DNA of 32,000 bases from Pirellula staleyi DSM 6068 (GTDB lineage Bacteria > Planctomycetota > Planctomycetia > Pirellulales > Pirellulaceae). The position numbers and the translations under genes were made by a program. Below are positions 15,801-24,436 of this stretch, piece by piece (positions within the stretch are counted from its first letter, which is position 1; each line of letters starts with the position of its first letter). A model generated the notes under the pieces. It worked only from the letters and a program-made list of their open reading frames with translations. It did no database searches and was not told the origin of the DNA. The stretch is from assembly GCA_000025185.1 (NCBI GenBank), contig CP001848.1:4920001-4952000 (forward strand), given 5' to 3'.

Positions 15801-16194
15801 CGGCCGGGTCCCAAGGGTGCTCGCTGCTGTTGCTATACCCGACGATGTTGCCCGGCAAGCGATCGCCGGTATGCATCTCGAGGTAGGCGGGCGGGGTTTC
15901 GGGAAGAGCGAGGGTTCGATCGCGCAGCCAGGTAAAGTGGTTGTTTGGCTCGGCGAGAGGTCGGCCATCGACGCGAGGTAGCGCTTTGGTGTCTTGCCAG
16001 TCGGTAAGGACCGCCCCTTCGAAAATCTGACCATCGGCCAGCATGCCGACATAGCGGGGCCGCGATTGCGCGCTGGCATCGCGCGCTAGGAGCAAGACGA
16101 GCGCAACAAAAGCGCAATAAGTTGCGCTTTTAGTAAACAAAGCGCGCGCGCTTGCCATCGTTGTTCCAACAGTGATCGAAGTCGTCATGCTCAT
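12874..16194 (-). CDS. large secreted multidomain protein with C-terminal trypsin-like (apparently degenerate triad) and PDZ domains
   Basis: The frame is open to 16539, but its first 115 codons are not protein-like and would run into the divergent pfkB start. ATG 16194 or ATG 16158 gives a Sec-type leader (MASARALFTKSATYCAFVALVLLLARDASA|Q). About 800 aa of beta-rich unknown domains follow, including an NPCBM-like segment (DPLDIRDRANWGDLVLTF). The C-terminus has a Trypsin_2-like region (LITSAHAL ... AIGSPLLSTDGQIIGL) and one PDZ (GIAIGDVLLRIDGNAITS). Confidence 0.8.
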   Translation of the reverse strand: MSMTTSITVGTTMASARALFTKSATYCAFVALVLLLARDASAQSRPRYVGMLADGQIFEGAVLTDWQDTKALPRVDGRPLAEPNNHFTWLRDRTLALPETPPAYLEMHTGDRLPGNIVGYSNSSEHPWDPAGDYFIVRPSITLVPPENKPAGTIRVKVPAVKRIVWQRRAGDAARPGELHLRDGRTLAFRAARFGDGTVNLLAAEGSSKIVWQDIAEITLPTRDYWKEYFDELALLTPNGTSRLLQIEALGGLIATTSLERYYPRGEGNSGESHRWVHGIQPAWALDLLWVPSRDIVLRQSFLPHEVLVARVPFSSERLASSTLSGSPPRIGRSSSGEELASTTRLVGTGIGMTSGWKLTFELPPISATLRGNLAIDRSSGTGGCLQGFVRRSGLVAKDLWKSEVIVGSSQVSDFRDLPLEVAGDLSGARPKNELIFEVDPVHQSRPAGADPLDIRDRANWGDLVLTFDKAKVNEQIAARIPLQFAAYEGWEVILPSGIPAIEKIEVEVSYDYQAPSPHRLQTSIGLRGEPLLFRKTMRLSPSDQWLMIGVTRPQARGTDPMIEVRLAGEIVGELRVPQRQMHESAADFKPLIVSLATVQRGAGGAVPIELRLITSAESPPMHFRSITTVSQLPTLYRGLEEKVTIESTSDTGAASAAFTDAETYYGSTSLQIAPGTRATWPLEGMIEIRERPEWGQYRFARFAVKKRGGGHAALEILTRDNRPVPACFLIGPGKSTFENSPRVWNDRLPDHWVVITRDLYADFGSCEITGLAATAVEGETLWIDHIYFARRHDDFDLLPQAPTPEQVNRKAREELSLNLMQRVWPAMAWIETAEGVRQGAAMINNNGWLITSAHALSGQTGTVKVHLTTGSYAGPEPMGEKVLEGEIRGTSRSMNATIIKLKVTEQQFPTIGMWNSADLQFDRPCLSANWPRATDAMAKITPEVVQLRRAYRSSLWIDRNDMQQAIGSPLLSTDGQIIGLAARQSPYGGMLYTRVHWGTIESQLAKLVEGTSFGNWSPGMEPELGLEAEVTPAGMAVKSLAKGSAAAAQGIAIGDVLLRIDGNAITSLETLQTALSEKDAGNEVTIDFQHASETKQARVKLAPRK

Positions 16195-16424
16195 CGAAAA
16201 ACCATCTTCCCTAACCGAGGACGCGGCGGACCGCCGGTAGCCATCGCCCCGGGCCTGATAGCTCGAGACTGGCCCCTCATCATGCTCGTCGCCGACGCAC
16301 TTTAACTCATGGCCCGGCGGGGGAGAATCGTTACAGCAAAACCACCCCCGGCGATCCCGACCGGCTAGCCACCCCGACTGCGGCTTGCGGAAATGGCTCG
16401 GCAAGCGATAATTCCTTCGCGGAT

Positions 16425-16439
16425 CTATCTTTAAGATAG
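16425..16439. promoter_or_regulatory. AT-rich 15-bp perfect palindrome upstream of pfkB (candidate operator)
   Basis: CTATCTT-T-AAGATAG lies 54 nt upstream of ATG 16493, in the ~300-nt divergent region between the giant protease-like gene and pfkB. This is a sequence-only observation. Confidence 0.2.
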
Positions 16440-16492
16440 CTGCGGTTTTGGCCAATTCAGTTCCATTCCTACCTAGAGAAACGGATCGTTCG

Positions 16493-17395
16493 ATGCCTTT
16501 GCTGGTGGTTGGCTCGGTTGCGTATGACACGATTTCCACACCGACGGAAACACGCGAGATGGTGATCGGCGGTTCGGCGGTCCACTTTTCGATGGCCGCA
16601 AGTTTCTTTGCTCCTGTGCGACTTGTGGGTGTCGTGGGAGAAGATTGGAACGAAGATCACACATCGATGCTGACCGCTCGAGGCATCGACATGTCGGGGC
16701 TCGAAAAGAAGCCGGGTGGCAAGACCTTCTTCTGGAAGGGGAAGTACCACTCGAACATGAACGACCGCGACACGCTGGAAGTGCATCTGAACGTGTTTGG
16801 CGATTTTCAGCCGACACTTCCCGACAGCTTTAAACGGAGCGACTACGTCTTTCTGGCCAACGGTTCGCCCGTGACGCAAATGAAGGTGCTCGAGCAAGTA
16901 ACGTCGCCCAAGCTGGTGGTGGCCGACACCATGGATCTGTGGATTCGCGAACAGCACGACGAACTACTCGCGTTGCTGAAACGGGTCGATGGCCTGGTGC
17001 TCAACGACAGCGAAGCCAAACTCCTCACCGGTGAAGAAAACATCGTGGCGGCTGGCAAAGCGGTCCGCCAACTGGGCCCTAAATTCGTCGTCGTGAAGAA
17101 GGGAGAACATGGCGCGATGTTCTTCGCCGATCACGAAACCTATGTCCTGCCTGCATTTCCAACCGCCGACGTGGTCGATCCCACCGGAGCTGGCGACAGC
17201 TTTGCCGGCGGCATGATGGGCTATCTGGCTCAGGAAGGAAAGCTCGACGCCGAGACGCTGAAGAAGGCCATGGCCCACGGCGTGCTAGTGGCGAGCTTCA
17301 ACGTCGAGGACTTCAGCCTCGATCGCTTCCGCAACCTCGATAAATCGGAAATCGATTTCCGCTTGACGCAGTATCGCAAAATGCTCGCGTTTTAA
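16493..17395 (+). CDS. PfkB-family carbohydrate/nucleoside kinase
   Basis: ATG 16493 (MPLLVVGSVAYD...); the track ORF starts at TTG 16448. It has a ribokinase-like layout with PfkB signature 2 DPTGAGDSFAGGMMGYL. Length is 300 aa. The substrate cannot be assigned from sequence. Confidence 0.85.
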   Translation: MPLLVVGSVAYDTISTPTETREMVIGGSAVHFSMAASFFAPVRLVGVVGEDWNEDHTSMLTARGIDMSGLEKKPGGKTFFWKGKYHSNMNDRDTLEVHLNVFGDFQPTLPDSFKRSDYVFLANGSPVTQMKVLEQVTSPKLVVADTMDLWIREQHDELLALLKRVDGLVLNDSEAKLLTGEENIVAAGKAVRQLGPKFVVVKKGEHGAMFFADHETYVLPAFPTADVVDPTGAGDSFAGGMMGYLAQEGKLDAETLKKAMAHGVLVASFNVEDFSLDRFRNLDKSEIDFRLTQYRKMLAF

Positions 17396-17447
17396 GCGAC
17401 TTCAGCGAGTTTTTGGGCTTCCAACTTCAGCGGCAGATTGGTTTGTA

Positions 17448-18017
17448 ATGCGTCGTATTCGTTCGTTCATCGCGGTGGAACTGAGTGGTTCGGTGATTGC
17501 CAAAGCGCAGAAACTAGCGGCGGCTATCGCTGGCGACGAAGCCGAGATCAACTGGGTCGACACGACGGCGATGCACCTCACGCTGAAGTTCCTCGGGGAT
17601 GTACCCGAGACGGAAATGAACGACATTTGCCGGGTCGTGGAAGCCACCGCCAAAACGGTCGAGCCGTTTGAGCTGATGTTTCGTGGCATCGGCGCGTTTC
17701 CGGATTTGACGAATCCCAAGTCCCTTTGGATGGGCTTGCGAGGGGGGCAGGAAGAGCTGGCGGAGCTTTATACTGCGATCGATGTGGCGATGAAGGAGAA
17801 GCTCGGATTTCCGCGCGAAAGGCGAGCGTTTCAGCCCCACGTCACGATCGGCCGCATCAAGCATTTGCACGACCCTGCGGGGCTCGCGGAAAAGTTCGCG
17901 GCGATGTCGAGTTTCGACGGCGATTTGTGCGCCGTGGACGAAGTTACAGTATTCGCCAGCTTCCTGGGACGCTCTGGTCCGACCTACGATCCGATCGGCA
18001 GTTACGAGCTCGGCTGA
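17448..18017 (+). CDS. thpR: RNA 2',3'-cyclic phosphodiesterase (2H phosphoesterase, LigT/ThpR family)
   Basis: 189 aa with the two H-x-T-x motifs of the 2H superfamily (HLTLKF and HVTIGR) at the expected spacing. Confidence 0.85.
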   Translation: MRRIRSFIAVELSGSVIAKAQKLAAAIAGDEAEINWVDTTAMHLTLKFLGDVPETEMNDICRVVEATAKTVEPFELMFRGIGAFPDLTNPKSLWMGLRGGQEELAELYTAIDVAMKEKLGFPRERRAFQPHVTIGRIKHLHDPAGLAEKFAAMSSFDGDLCAVDEVTVFASFLGRSGPTYDPIGSYELG

Positions 18018-18151
18018 GCCGCATCAGGCTTGAATGTGGCGCATTTTTCTCTTTTTTCTTCGCGCCACAAACCTCTACACAGCAATCACTTGCGCAAAAC
18101 ACCAGCGCAACTTCTGCGCGCCGTGGACCAAACGTGTCACACCGCGCTGCG

Positions 18152-18205
18152 ATACAGATTGTGTCAGGAAGCTCTTGCCAGGGACTGTATAAGCGGATAC
18201 TGTAT
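18152..18205 (+). promoter_or_regulatory. candidate recA promoter overlapped by repeated CTGTAT/ATACAG hexamers (possible SOS-type operator)
   Basis: TTGCCA (18175-18180), 17-nt spacer, TACTGT (18198-18203). ACTGTAT occurs at 18184-18190 and 18199-18205, and its reverse complement core ATACAG occurs at 18152-18157. All sites lie 130-185 nt upstream of the recA ATG. Confidence 0.25.
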
Positions 18206-18334
18206 TCGGAAGTTCACTACTGGGGAGCTTGCGGCGGCAATTTGGGCCAGCGAGCGGCTTGCGTTGGCAATTGTCATAACCCCACAATGTGAGGAGACAT
18301 TCCCGTGATCACTGCAGAAAAAACGAACACTCGT

Positions 18335-19411
18335 ATGGCCAAAAAAGACAAAGCTCGCGCGGCTGCTGAAGCCAATGGCAAACCAGCCTTGGCCGATGCG
18401 ATCGAGAACAACTCGGTTCTGAAGAACGCGCTTCAGCAGATCGAGAAGCAGTTCGGCGAAGGCTCGATCATGCCCTTGGGTGGCGATCGCCAGATGGTGA
18501 TCCACGGCATTCCCACCGGCAGCTTGTCGCTCGACCTCGCTCTCGGCGGCAAGGGGATTCCTCGAGGCCGCATTATCGAAATCTTTGGCCCAGAATCGAG
18601 CGGTAAAACCACCCTCGCTCTGCACGTGGCTGCCCAGGCTCAAAAAGCAGGTGGCATTGCCGCCATCATCGACGCCGAACATGCCTTCGACCCCACCTGG
18701 GGCAAAAAACTGGGTGTGCAGCTCGACACGCTGCTCGTCAGCCAACCCAACAACGGCGAAGAAGCGATGCAGATCACCGAAATGCTCGTGAAGAGCAATG
18801 CGGTCGATGTGATCATCATCGACTCGGTCGCTGCACTCGTTCCGAAGCAAGAACTCGATGGTGAAATCGGTGATACGCACGTCGGTTTGCAAGCTCGCTT
18901 GATGAGCCAATCGATGCGTAAACTGACCGGCGCAATTGCTCGCAGCAAAACCGCAGTGATCTTCATCAACCAGATTCGCGAAAAGATCGGCGTCAGCTAC
19001 GGCAGTCCTGAAACCACCCCTGGTGGTCGCGCTCTGAAGTTCTATGCCTCGTGCCGCATCGACGTTCGGCGCATCAGCCAAATCAAGGATGGTGAAGATG
19101 TGGTCGGCCAGCGCGTTCGCACCAAGGTGGTGAAGAACAAGGTGGCCCCTCCGTTCCGCGTTGCTGAATTCGACATGATGCACACCTGTGGCATTAGCTA
19201 CGAAGGTGACATCCTCGACATGGGTCTCGAAGCGAAGGTCCTTACACGTAGCGGTGCCTGGTTCAAGTACAACGACGCTTACATCGGCCAGGGTAAAGAG
19301 AAGGCGCGTACCCACCTGCAAGAGAACCCGCACATCACCGAGGAGATTCGTTTGAAGATCCTCGCTGCTGGTGCACCAACCACCACCGCCACCGGTGGCG
19401 ACGAAGAGTAA
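18335..19411 (+). CDS. recA: recombinase RecA
   Basis: ATG 18335 ([12 protein letters not shown]...); the track ORF starts at GTG 18305. Recognised motifs are [17 protein letters not shown], Walker [33 protein letters not shown] and [14 protein letters not shown]. The match to RecA is full length. Confidence 0.97.
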   Translation: MAKKDKARAAAEANGKPALADAIENNSVLKNALQQIEKQFGEGSIMPLGGDRQMVIHGIPTGSLSLDLALGGKGIPRGRIIEIFGPESSGKTTLALHVAAQAQKAGGIAAIIDAEHAFDPTWGKKLGVQLDTLLVSQPNNGEEAMQITEMLVKSNAVDVIIIDSVAALVPKQELDGEIGDTHVGLQARLMSQSMRKLTGAIARSKTAVIFINQIREKIGVSYGSPETTPGGRALKFYASCRIDVRRISQIKDGEDVVGQRVRTKVVKNKVAPPFRVAEFDMMHTCGISYEGDILDMGLEAKVLTRSGAWFKYNDAYIGQGKEKARTHLQENPHITEEIRLKILAAGAPTTTATGGDEE

Positions 19412-19789
19412 CGAGCAGTCAGCAGCCTGCAATCGGCAGCCCCCAGCCACGAAGGTCCGGTCGTTGGGCTGGGGTAGCGAGATTACGGGCTGCACATGCA
19501 CCGCTCGAAAGCAACCGCTGCAGGAAACGCACTGTGCCACGAAGCCCCGCCGTCATGTCTCCCGGTGGGCACTTCAGGGCGTGTTTCCTGCAAATATCCG
19601 CTGGCCGGATGGCTGACTCGATTGTCTCCCGAGTCAGTCATCCGCGCCGGGCTGGATCTTTTGCCCCTCCAATTTTCGGCACAAAACCGCGATTGATTCT
19701 CTCGAAACTGTTACACTCAACTGCTAGGAATTGACTACCGCCAACCGACTTTGCACATCGAGCAAGTTCCTTTGAGCCTTGTGCCGCCG

Positions 19790-21544
19790 ATGGAGCGACT
19801 TGTGAACAGCGATCACGCCTCCGCGAACTCTTGCCATCGATCGTCCTCACGATCGGCACACTGGCTACCAGCACCTTGGGCCGCCACTCTAGCGTTCTCG
19901 CTCCTTGGCTGCGGCCTGTTTTTGCTAGTTGTTCCAGCAACACTCTTGGCCCAAGCTCCATCTGTCTCAAATCCCGCCGATAAAGTCCCTGCAGAGACTG
20001 CCGCGCGAGAACTCTCGGCCATCGAAGCGGTGTCTTCGATGGAAAAGCTGCTGGTCGACGCCATTGCCCGGGCCGAGAAATCGGTGGTCTCCATCGCCCG
20101 ACTGCCGACCGAACGTCCGCTCGATCTCGAGCGTCTTGGCAACCCCGATATCCTTCCCGCAGTACCTTTCGTACGCGAACCGCTGCTGGCCGAAGATCCA
20201 GAGCGTCCCGATTTTTTGCCAGCCGACTTCGCCAGCGGAGTGGTGATCGATGCACGCGGGCTGATTCTCACCAACTATCACGCCCTTAAAGATGTGAAGC
20301 GATCGCAGTACATCGTTTGGGTCGCACGAAAACCGTATCCGGCCAAGATCAAAGCCGCCGATCCTTGGCTCGATCTTGCTGTACTGGAAATTGCCGCCAC
20401 CGATCTCACGCCGATGCCGCTGGGAAATGCTCGCCAGCTGAAGAAGGGGCAGATCGTGGTTTCGCTCGGCAATCCTTACGCCATTGCTCGCGACGGTGAA
20501 CCATCAGCCGCCTGGGGAATCATTTCGAACCTGTCGCGAGCCACGCCAGTCGCTCCCCAAAGCCGACCAAGTGAAGGACGCGAAACCCTGCATCACTATG
20601 GCACACTGATTCAAACCGACGCCCGCTTGGAATTCGGCAGCAGCGGCGGCGCGATCGTCAACTTGAAGGGAGAGATGGTCGGGCTCACCACATCGCTGGC
20701 GGCACTGGCTGGTTTCGAACGCCCCGGTGGTTTTGCCATTCCGGTCGACGACGACTTCAAACGGGCACTCAGCGAACTCAAGCAAGGCCGCTTACCCGAG
20801 TATGGCTTTCTCGGCGTTGCCCCCTCGCTTCTCACCCCCGATGAGCGCCGCGCAGGTAAACTTGGCGCTCGCATTGCCGATGTGGTTCCTGCCACGCCTG
20901 CCGCGAAGGCGGGACTTGCGATGGGTGACATCGTGACCCACGTGGGCGAGGTGCCGGTCATCGATGATCTGCATCTGATTCGCCTCTTGAGTGGCATGTT
21001 CGCCGGTAGTGAAGTGACGCTCACCGTCGAGCGAGGCAGCAGCACGCTGCTCAATGCTCGCAAACTCGATCTCGAGGTCCTGCTGTCGAAGAAACGAGTC
21101 GACGCTGTTCGTCCCCCTATCGCCGAAGTAGTCGAGCCCGCCTGGCGAGGCTTAGAGGTCGATTATGCAACGGCAACAACCACGTTTCGCGAACAAAGCC
21201 GCGACCTCGATCCGGCTGGTTGCGTCGGCATCGTGAAGGTCGAGCGTGATTCGCCCGCGTGGCAAGCAGGCCTGCGTCCTGGAGATTTCATCACGCAGGT
21301 GACAATCGATGGCGAGTCGACGGTGACGGTCGACTCCCCTAAACAATTTCGTGAACTTGTCGCACGAGCACGTGGAAACGTCAAGTTCCTGCTGACTGCT
21401 GTCCCGCGCGAAAATGCGCTTCGTATTGTCGCCGAAGCGATGCAAGCTGTTCCGCCGGAGAAGAGCGAGACGACTCCACCCGCTGAAGCGACGGTACCCG
21501 AAGATGCAGCGCCAGTCGCACCACTTCCACCCGAAGCAATTTAG
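19790..21544 (+). CDS. HtrA/DegP-family serine protease with two PDZ domains
   Basis: ATG 19790; the track ORF starts at TTG 19751. It has an N-terminal TM/signal segment (WAATLAFSLLGCGLFLLVVPATLLAQA). The catalytic triad motifs are intact: TNYHAL, DLAVLEI and GSSGGAIVNLKGEMVGL. Two PDZ-like regions are present (GARIADVVPATPAAKAGLAMGDIV and GIVKVERDSPAWQAGLRPGDFI). Confidence 0.85.
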   Translation: MERLVNSDHASANSCHRSSSRSAHWLPAPWAATLAFSLLGCGLFLLVVPATLLAQAPSVSNPADKVPAETAARELSAIEAVSSMEKLLVDAIARAEKSVVSIARLPTERPLDLERLGNPDILPAVPFVREPLLAEDPERPDFLPADFASGVVIDARGLILTNYHALKDVKRSQYIVWVARKPYPAKIKAADPWLDLAVLEIAATDLTPMPLGNARQLKKGQIVVSLGNPYAIARDGEPSAAWGIISNLSRATPVAPQSRPSEGRETLHHYGTLIQTDARLEFGSSGGAIVNLKGEMVGLTTSLAALAGFERPGGFAIPVDDDFKRALSELKQGRLPEYGFLGVAPSLLTPDERRAGKLGARIADVVPATPAAKAGLAMGDIVTHVGEVPVIDDLHLIRLLSGMFAGSEVTLTVERGSSTLLNARKLDLEVLLSKKRVDAVRPPIAEVVEPAWRGLEVDYATATTTFREQSRDLDPAGCVGIVKVERDSPAWQAGLRPGDFITQVTIDGESTVTVDSPKQFRELVARARGNVKFLLTAVPRENALRIVAEAMQAVPPEKSETTPPAEATVPEDAAPVAPLPPEAI

Positions 21545-21570
21545 CTGTTACGGATTCAAGTGAATTTCGA

Positions 21571-22689
21571 CTAACAGCACTTGGTCGCTTCACCGCAGCA
21601 ACCATGTTCCTCGGTGGCTGAAGATTGTTGCGAGGCAGGGCCCCCGAAAAACGCTCGTTCGACAATCAGTTGCTGCTTCAGCGGACCAATCATCCATCGA
21701 TCAGCCACCTCGGCATGCACTAGCATCGGTTCGCCACGACTGAGCAGCACCATATCGTCGGTCATCACGCTCCGCCACGGACCACGATAAGTGACGTAGG
21801 CGACTTCACCCGTTGCTACGGTCAGCTTCGGACGATAAGCACGAATCGTGACGCTCCGGAACTCAATCCCTTCCACCACCTGCCAAGGTTGAGCTTGTCG
21901 CTCCAGTAACTCGACAGCAGTGAAACCAGCGGTTTCAAAAGCCTTTACGAAAGCCCGCTGCTCGAACGCGCCACTGATGCAACCACTCCAGAGCTCCGCG
22001 TTATTCTTTAGATGCTCCGGCACTGGCTTCGAACTTACGATATCGCTAATCACAGCGCGACCACCTGGCCGGAGCACGCGATACAACTCCGCGATCAGTT
22101 GCACACGTTCTGCTTCCGCGACCAGATTAAGGACGCAGTTCGAGAGCGTGACATCGATCGATTCACTAGCGATCATCGGCTCCGACTTCGCAAGCAACTT
22201 GCGACGCTCTTCAAACGCCATCCAGTCAGCCGCATTCGCAACACTTGTCGAGGCGAGCATGGCGTCGAGCACATCCAGATCGGTCGCTAAATCTTGAATC
22301 CGTCCTCGACGAAACTCGACATTCGAGTACCCAATTTTCTGAGCAATCTCGGGCTGATATTTGCGAGCCACCGACAGCATATCGTCGTTCATATCAACGC
22401 CGATCACACGTCCCGCTGCGCCAACGATCTGCGCGGCGACATAGCAGGCCTTACCCACGCCGCTTCCCAAATCGAGTACCGTTTCCCCCGCCGTCACATA
22501 TTTCGCCGGATCGCCGCAACCATAATCGCGCTCGATGATTTCGGGGGGAAGCACCTTAAGCAACTCAGGCTGCGAGGGAGTCACCGCACAGCAAAGTGCT
22601 GGCTCCACTTTTTGCGAAGCTTGGGAGTATCGCTCGCGCACCACTTGCTCGACCGACAACAAGTTGAGGCTTGTGGACTCTGCAGACAT
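21571..22689 (-). CDS. arsM: ArsM-like SAM-dependent methyltransferase (arsenite methyltransferase family)
   Basis: 372 aa with class I SAM-binding motif VLDLGSGVGKACY. The Cys positions typical of As(III) SAM methyltransferases appear present (ALCCAV, YGCGDP, LSNCVLNL, WSGCISGA). It has a C-terminal beta domain and a Cys-rich tail HGCCGEATKCC. Confidence 0.7.
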   Translation of the reverse strand: MSAESTSLNLLSVEQVVRERYSQASQKVEPALCCAVTPSQPELLKVLPPEIIERDYGCGDPAKYVTAGETVLDLGSGVGKACYVAAQIVGAAGRVIGVDMNDDMLSVARKYQPEIAQKIGYSNVEFRRGRIQDLATDLDVLDAMLASTSVANAADWMAFEERRKLLAKSEPMIASESIDVTLSNCVLNLVAEAERVQLIAELYRVLRPGGRAVISDIVSSKPVPEHLKNNAELWSGCISGAFEQRAFVKAFETAGFTAVELLERQAQPWQVVEGIEFRSVTIRAYRPKLTVATGEVAYVTYRGPWRSVMTDDMVLLSRGEPMLVHAEVADRWMIGPLKQQLIVERAFFGGPASQQSSATEEHGCCGEATKCC

Positions 22690-22890
22690 CGAATTACTTT
22701 CGCAGCGGAGAGTTCGTCAATTCATACGGTTTCATCCAGCAACGCCTGAGGATGATTCCTCAGAATACGCGAGCCACTCCACCGCGACGAGTAGGAGTAA
22801 AGACAACGACTTGGTAAACTTTGAACTCGTAAAACACTCACCGCCGCTGACATCAGCCGTCGGCTCTCCCACCCCCTGAAAGATTTTCCC

Positions 22891-23202
22891 GTGATTGTAG
22901 TGCTCGCAACAATTCAGCTTCACGAAGGTAAACGCGATCTTTTTCTCGCCGAGTTCAAAAAGATTGTCCCCGATGTTCGCGTAGAACAAGGCTGTATTGA
23001 ATATTTTCCCGCAACCGACCTCGAAACGAGCCTCCCTGCGCAGCCCGATCCGCGTCTGGATGTCGTGGTGGTGATTGAGAAGTGGGAAAGTGTGGCCGCG
23101 CTCGAAGCTCACCTGATCGCGCCGCATATGATGGCCTATCGTCCTCGCGTGAAGGACTTTGTGAAGCAGGTTTCGCTGCAAATTCTCGAGCCCCGCGCTT
23201 AG
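22891..23202 (+). CDS. ABM-domain (antibiotic biosynthesis monooxygenase-like, YgiN-type) protein
   Basis: 103 aa with a GTG start. It shows the ferredoxin-like ABM pattern: MIVVLATIQLHEGKRDLFLAEF...EQGCIEY...VVIEKWESVAALEAHLIAPHM. Confidence 0.7.
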   Translation: MIVVLATIQLHEGKRDLFLAEFKKIVPDVRVEQGCIEYFPATDLETSLPAQPDPRLDVVVVIEKWESVAALEAHLIAPHMMAYRPRVKDFVKQVSLQILEPRA

Positions 23203-23251
23203 TTAACGAAACAACTCCCAGCGATCTGCCCGCCTCGGCAAGCCATCTCCC

Positions 23252-24427
23252 ATGCGCGAACTTCTCCAGCATCTGGCTCTCGACTTGGCCCACGGTCGAC
23301 TTGTCGTACTTTGCCGCGTCGTTGAAACACGTGGCAGTACTCCGCAAAAAGCGGGGGCTGCGATGCTGGTCTATCCTAGCGGCGAGCAGCGCGGAACCCT
23401 TGGCGGCGGCTGTGTCGAAGCCGAAGTGAAACGTCGCGCCCTGGTGCTACTTGCCGAGAATCGAAGCGAGATCTGCACGTTTCAGCTCGACAACGACTAC
23501 GGCTGGGACGATGGTTTGATTTGTGGTGGCCGCATGCGGGTGCTGGTCGAACCGGTCACTTCGCCAGCGATCACTGCCTACCTGCAAGCGATCAGCCTGC
23601 AGAGTAGTGCTGGGCTAGGTTTCACCGAAATCATCGTCTGGGACTTCGAGAAACATCCTCTCACTGCCGAGCCCGGCACAGTGGCCACTAGTGCGGCATC
23701 GATTGCCAGCGTGGAACCTCCGGCAGCTGCCACGTTTGCCATCGACGATGCTGGAACGCTCATCGCGAAAACAACTTCGTTTGCCGCACCAGCCTCACTC
23801 ATCCAGCAGCGCAGGCCGCTTGATGCTCGGCCTCGTCCGTATGCTGCTGACGGGCTGGCCTACTTGCCCCATCTGCCGCGCTGCAAGCTGGTGATTGTCG
23901 GGGGAGGTCACGTCGGTCGTGCCGTGGCGAACTTAGCCGCTGATCTCGATTTCGAAATCATCGTAATCGACGACCGCGAAGAGATCATCTCTCCCGAGCG
24001 TTTTCCAATGGCCCCCCATCGTATCGCTGGGAGCGTGCACGATGTGCTGCCGAAATTGGCGATCGACAGCAGCACCTACTGTTTGATCGTGACGCGCGGC
24101 CATCATCACGACGAAGAATCGCTCTTCTATCTGGCCGAGCGTGGGGCCCGCTACGTCGGACTGATCGGCAGCCGACGCAAAATCAAAATGATCTTCCGTG
24201 ATCTCTTGTCGCAAGGGATTTCGCACGCAGCGCTCGCGGCTGTTCATGCGCCCCTCGGAATCGATATCGGTTCGCAAACCGTTCCCGAAATTGCGGTCAG
24301 CATTGCGGCGGAACTCGTGGCCCATCGCAACCGTGGCGAAGTGCCGGGACGTCCCGCCAGTTTGCTCGACGAGATCACGCGCGAAGATGCCTCTAGCGCT
24401 CCTGCTTCGCGCGAAACAGCTTCGTGA
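23252..24427 (+). CDS. XdhC/CoxI-family molybdoenzyme maturation protein
   Basis: 391 aa. The N-terminal XdhC_CoxI pattern is VVLCRVVETRGSTPQKAGAAMLV...GTLGGGCVE. The C-terminal Rossmann-like part is KLVIVGGGHVGRAVANLAADLDFEIIVIDDRE ... IVTRGHHHD. Confidence 0.85.
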   Translation: MRELLQHLALDLAHGRLVVLCRVVETRGSTPQKAGAAMLVYPSGEQRGTLGGGCVEAEVKRRALVLLAENRSEICTFQLDNDYGWDDGLICGGRMRVLVEPVTSPAITAYLQAISLQSSAGLGFTEIIVWDFEKHPLTAEPGTVATSAASIASVEPPAAATFAIDDAGTLIAKTTSFAAPASLIQQRRPLDARPRPYAADGLAYLPHLPRCKLVIVGGGHVGRAVANLAADLDFEIIVIDDREEIISPERFPMAPHRIAGSVHDVLPKLAIDSSTYCLIVTRGHHHDEESLFYLAERGARYVGLIGSRRKIKMIFRDLLSQGISHAALAAVHAPLGIDIGSQTVPEIAVSIAAELVAHRNRGEVPGRPASLLDEITREDASSAPASRETAS

Positions 24428-24436
24428 GGCACTCGC

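Noticed and set aside
16195-16539. N-terminal 115 codons of the track ORF 12874-16539.
   Set aside because: The sequence is not protein-like. The extension would overlap the divergent pfkB start and its upstream palindrome. A proper signal peptide begins only at ATG 16194 or 16158.
18164-19540. 458-aa minus-strand ORF covering the whole recA locus.
   Set aside because: It is antisense to an unambiguous full-length RecA. The translation has no recognisable motif and a skewed composition, so I treat it as an antisense shadow ORF.
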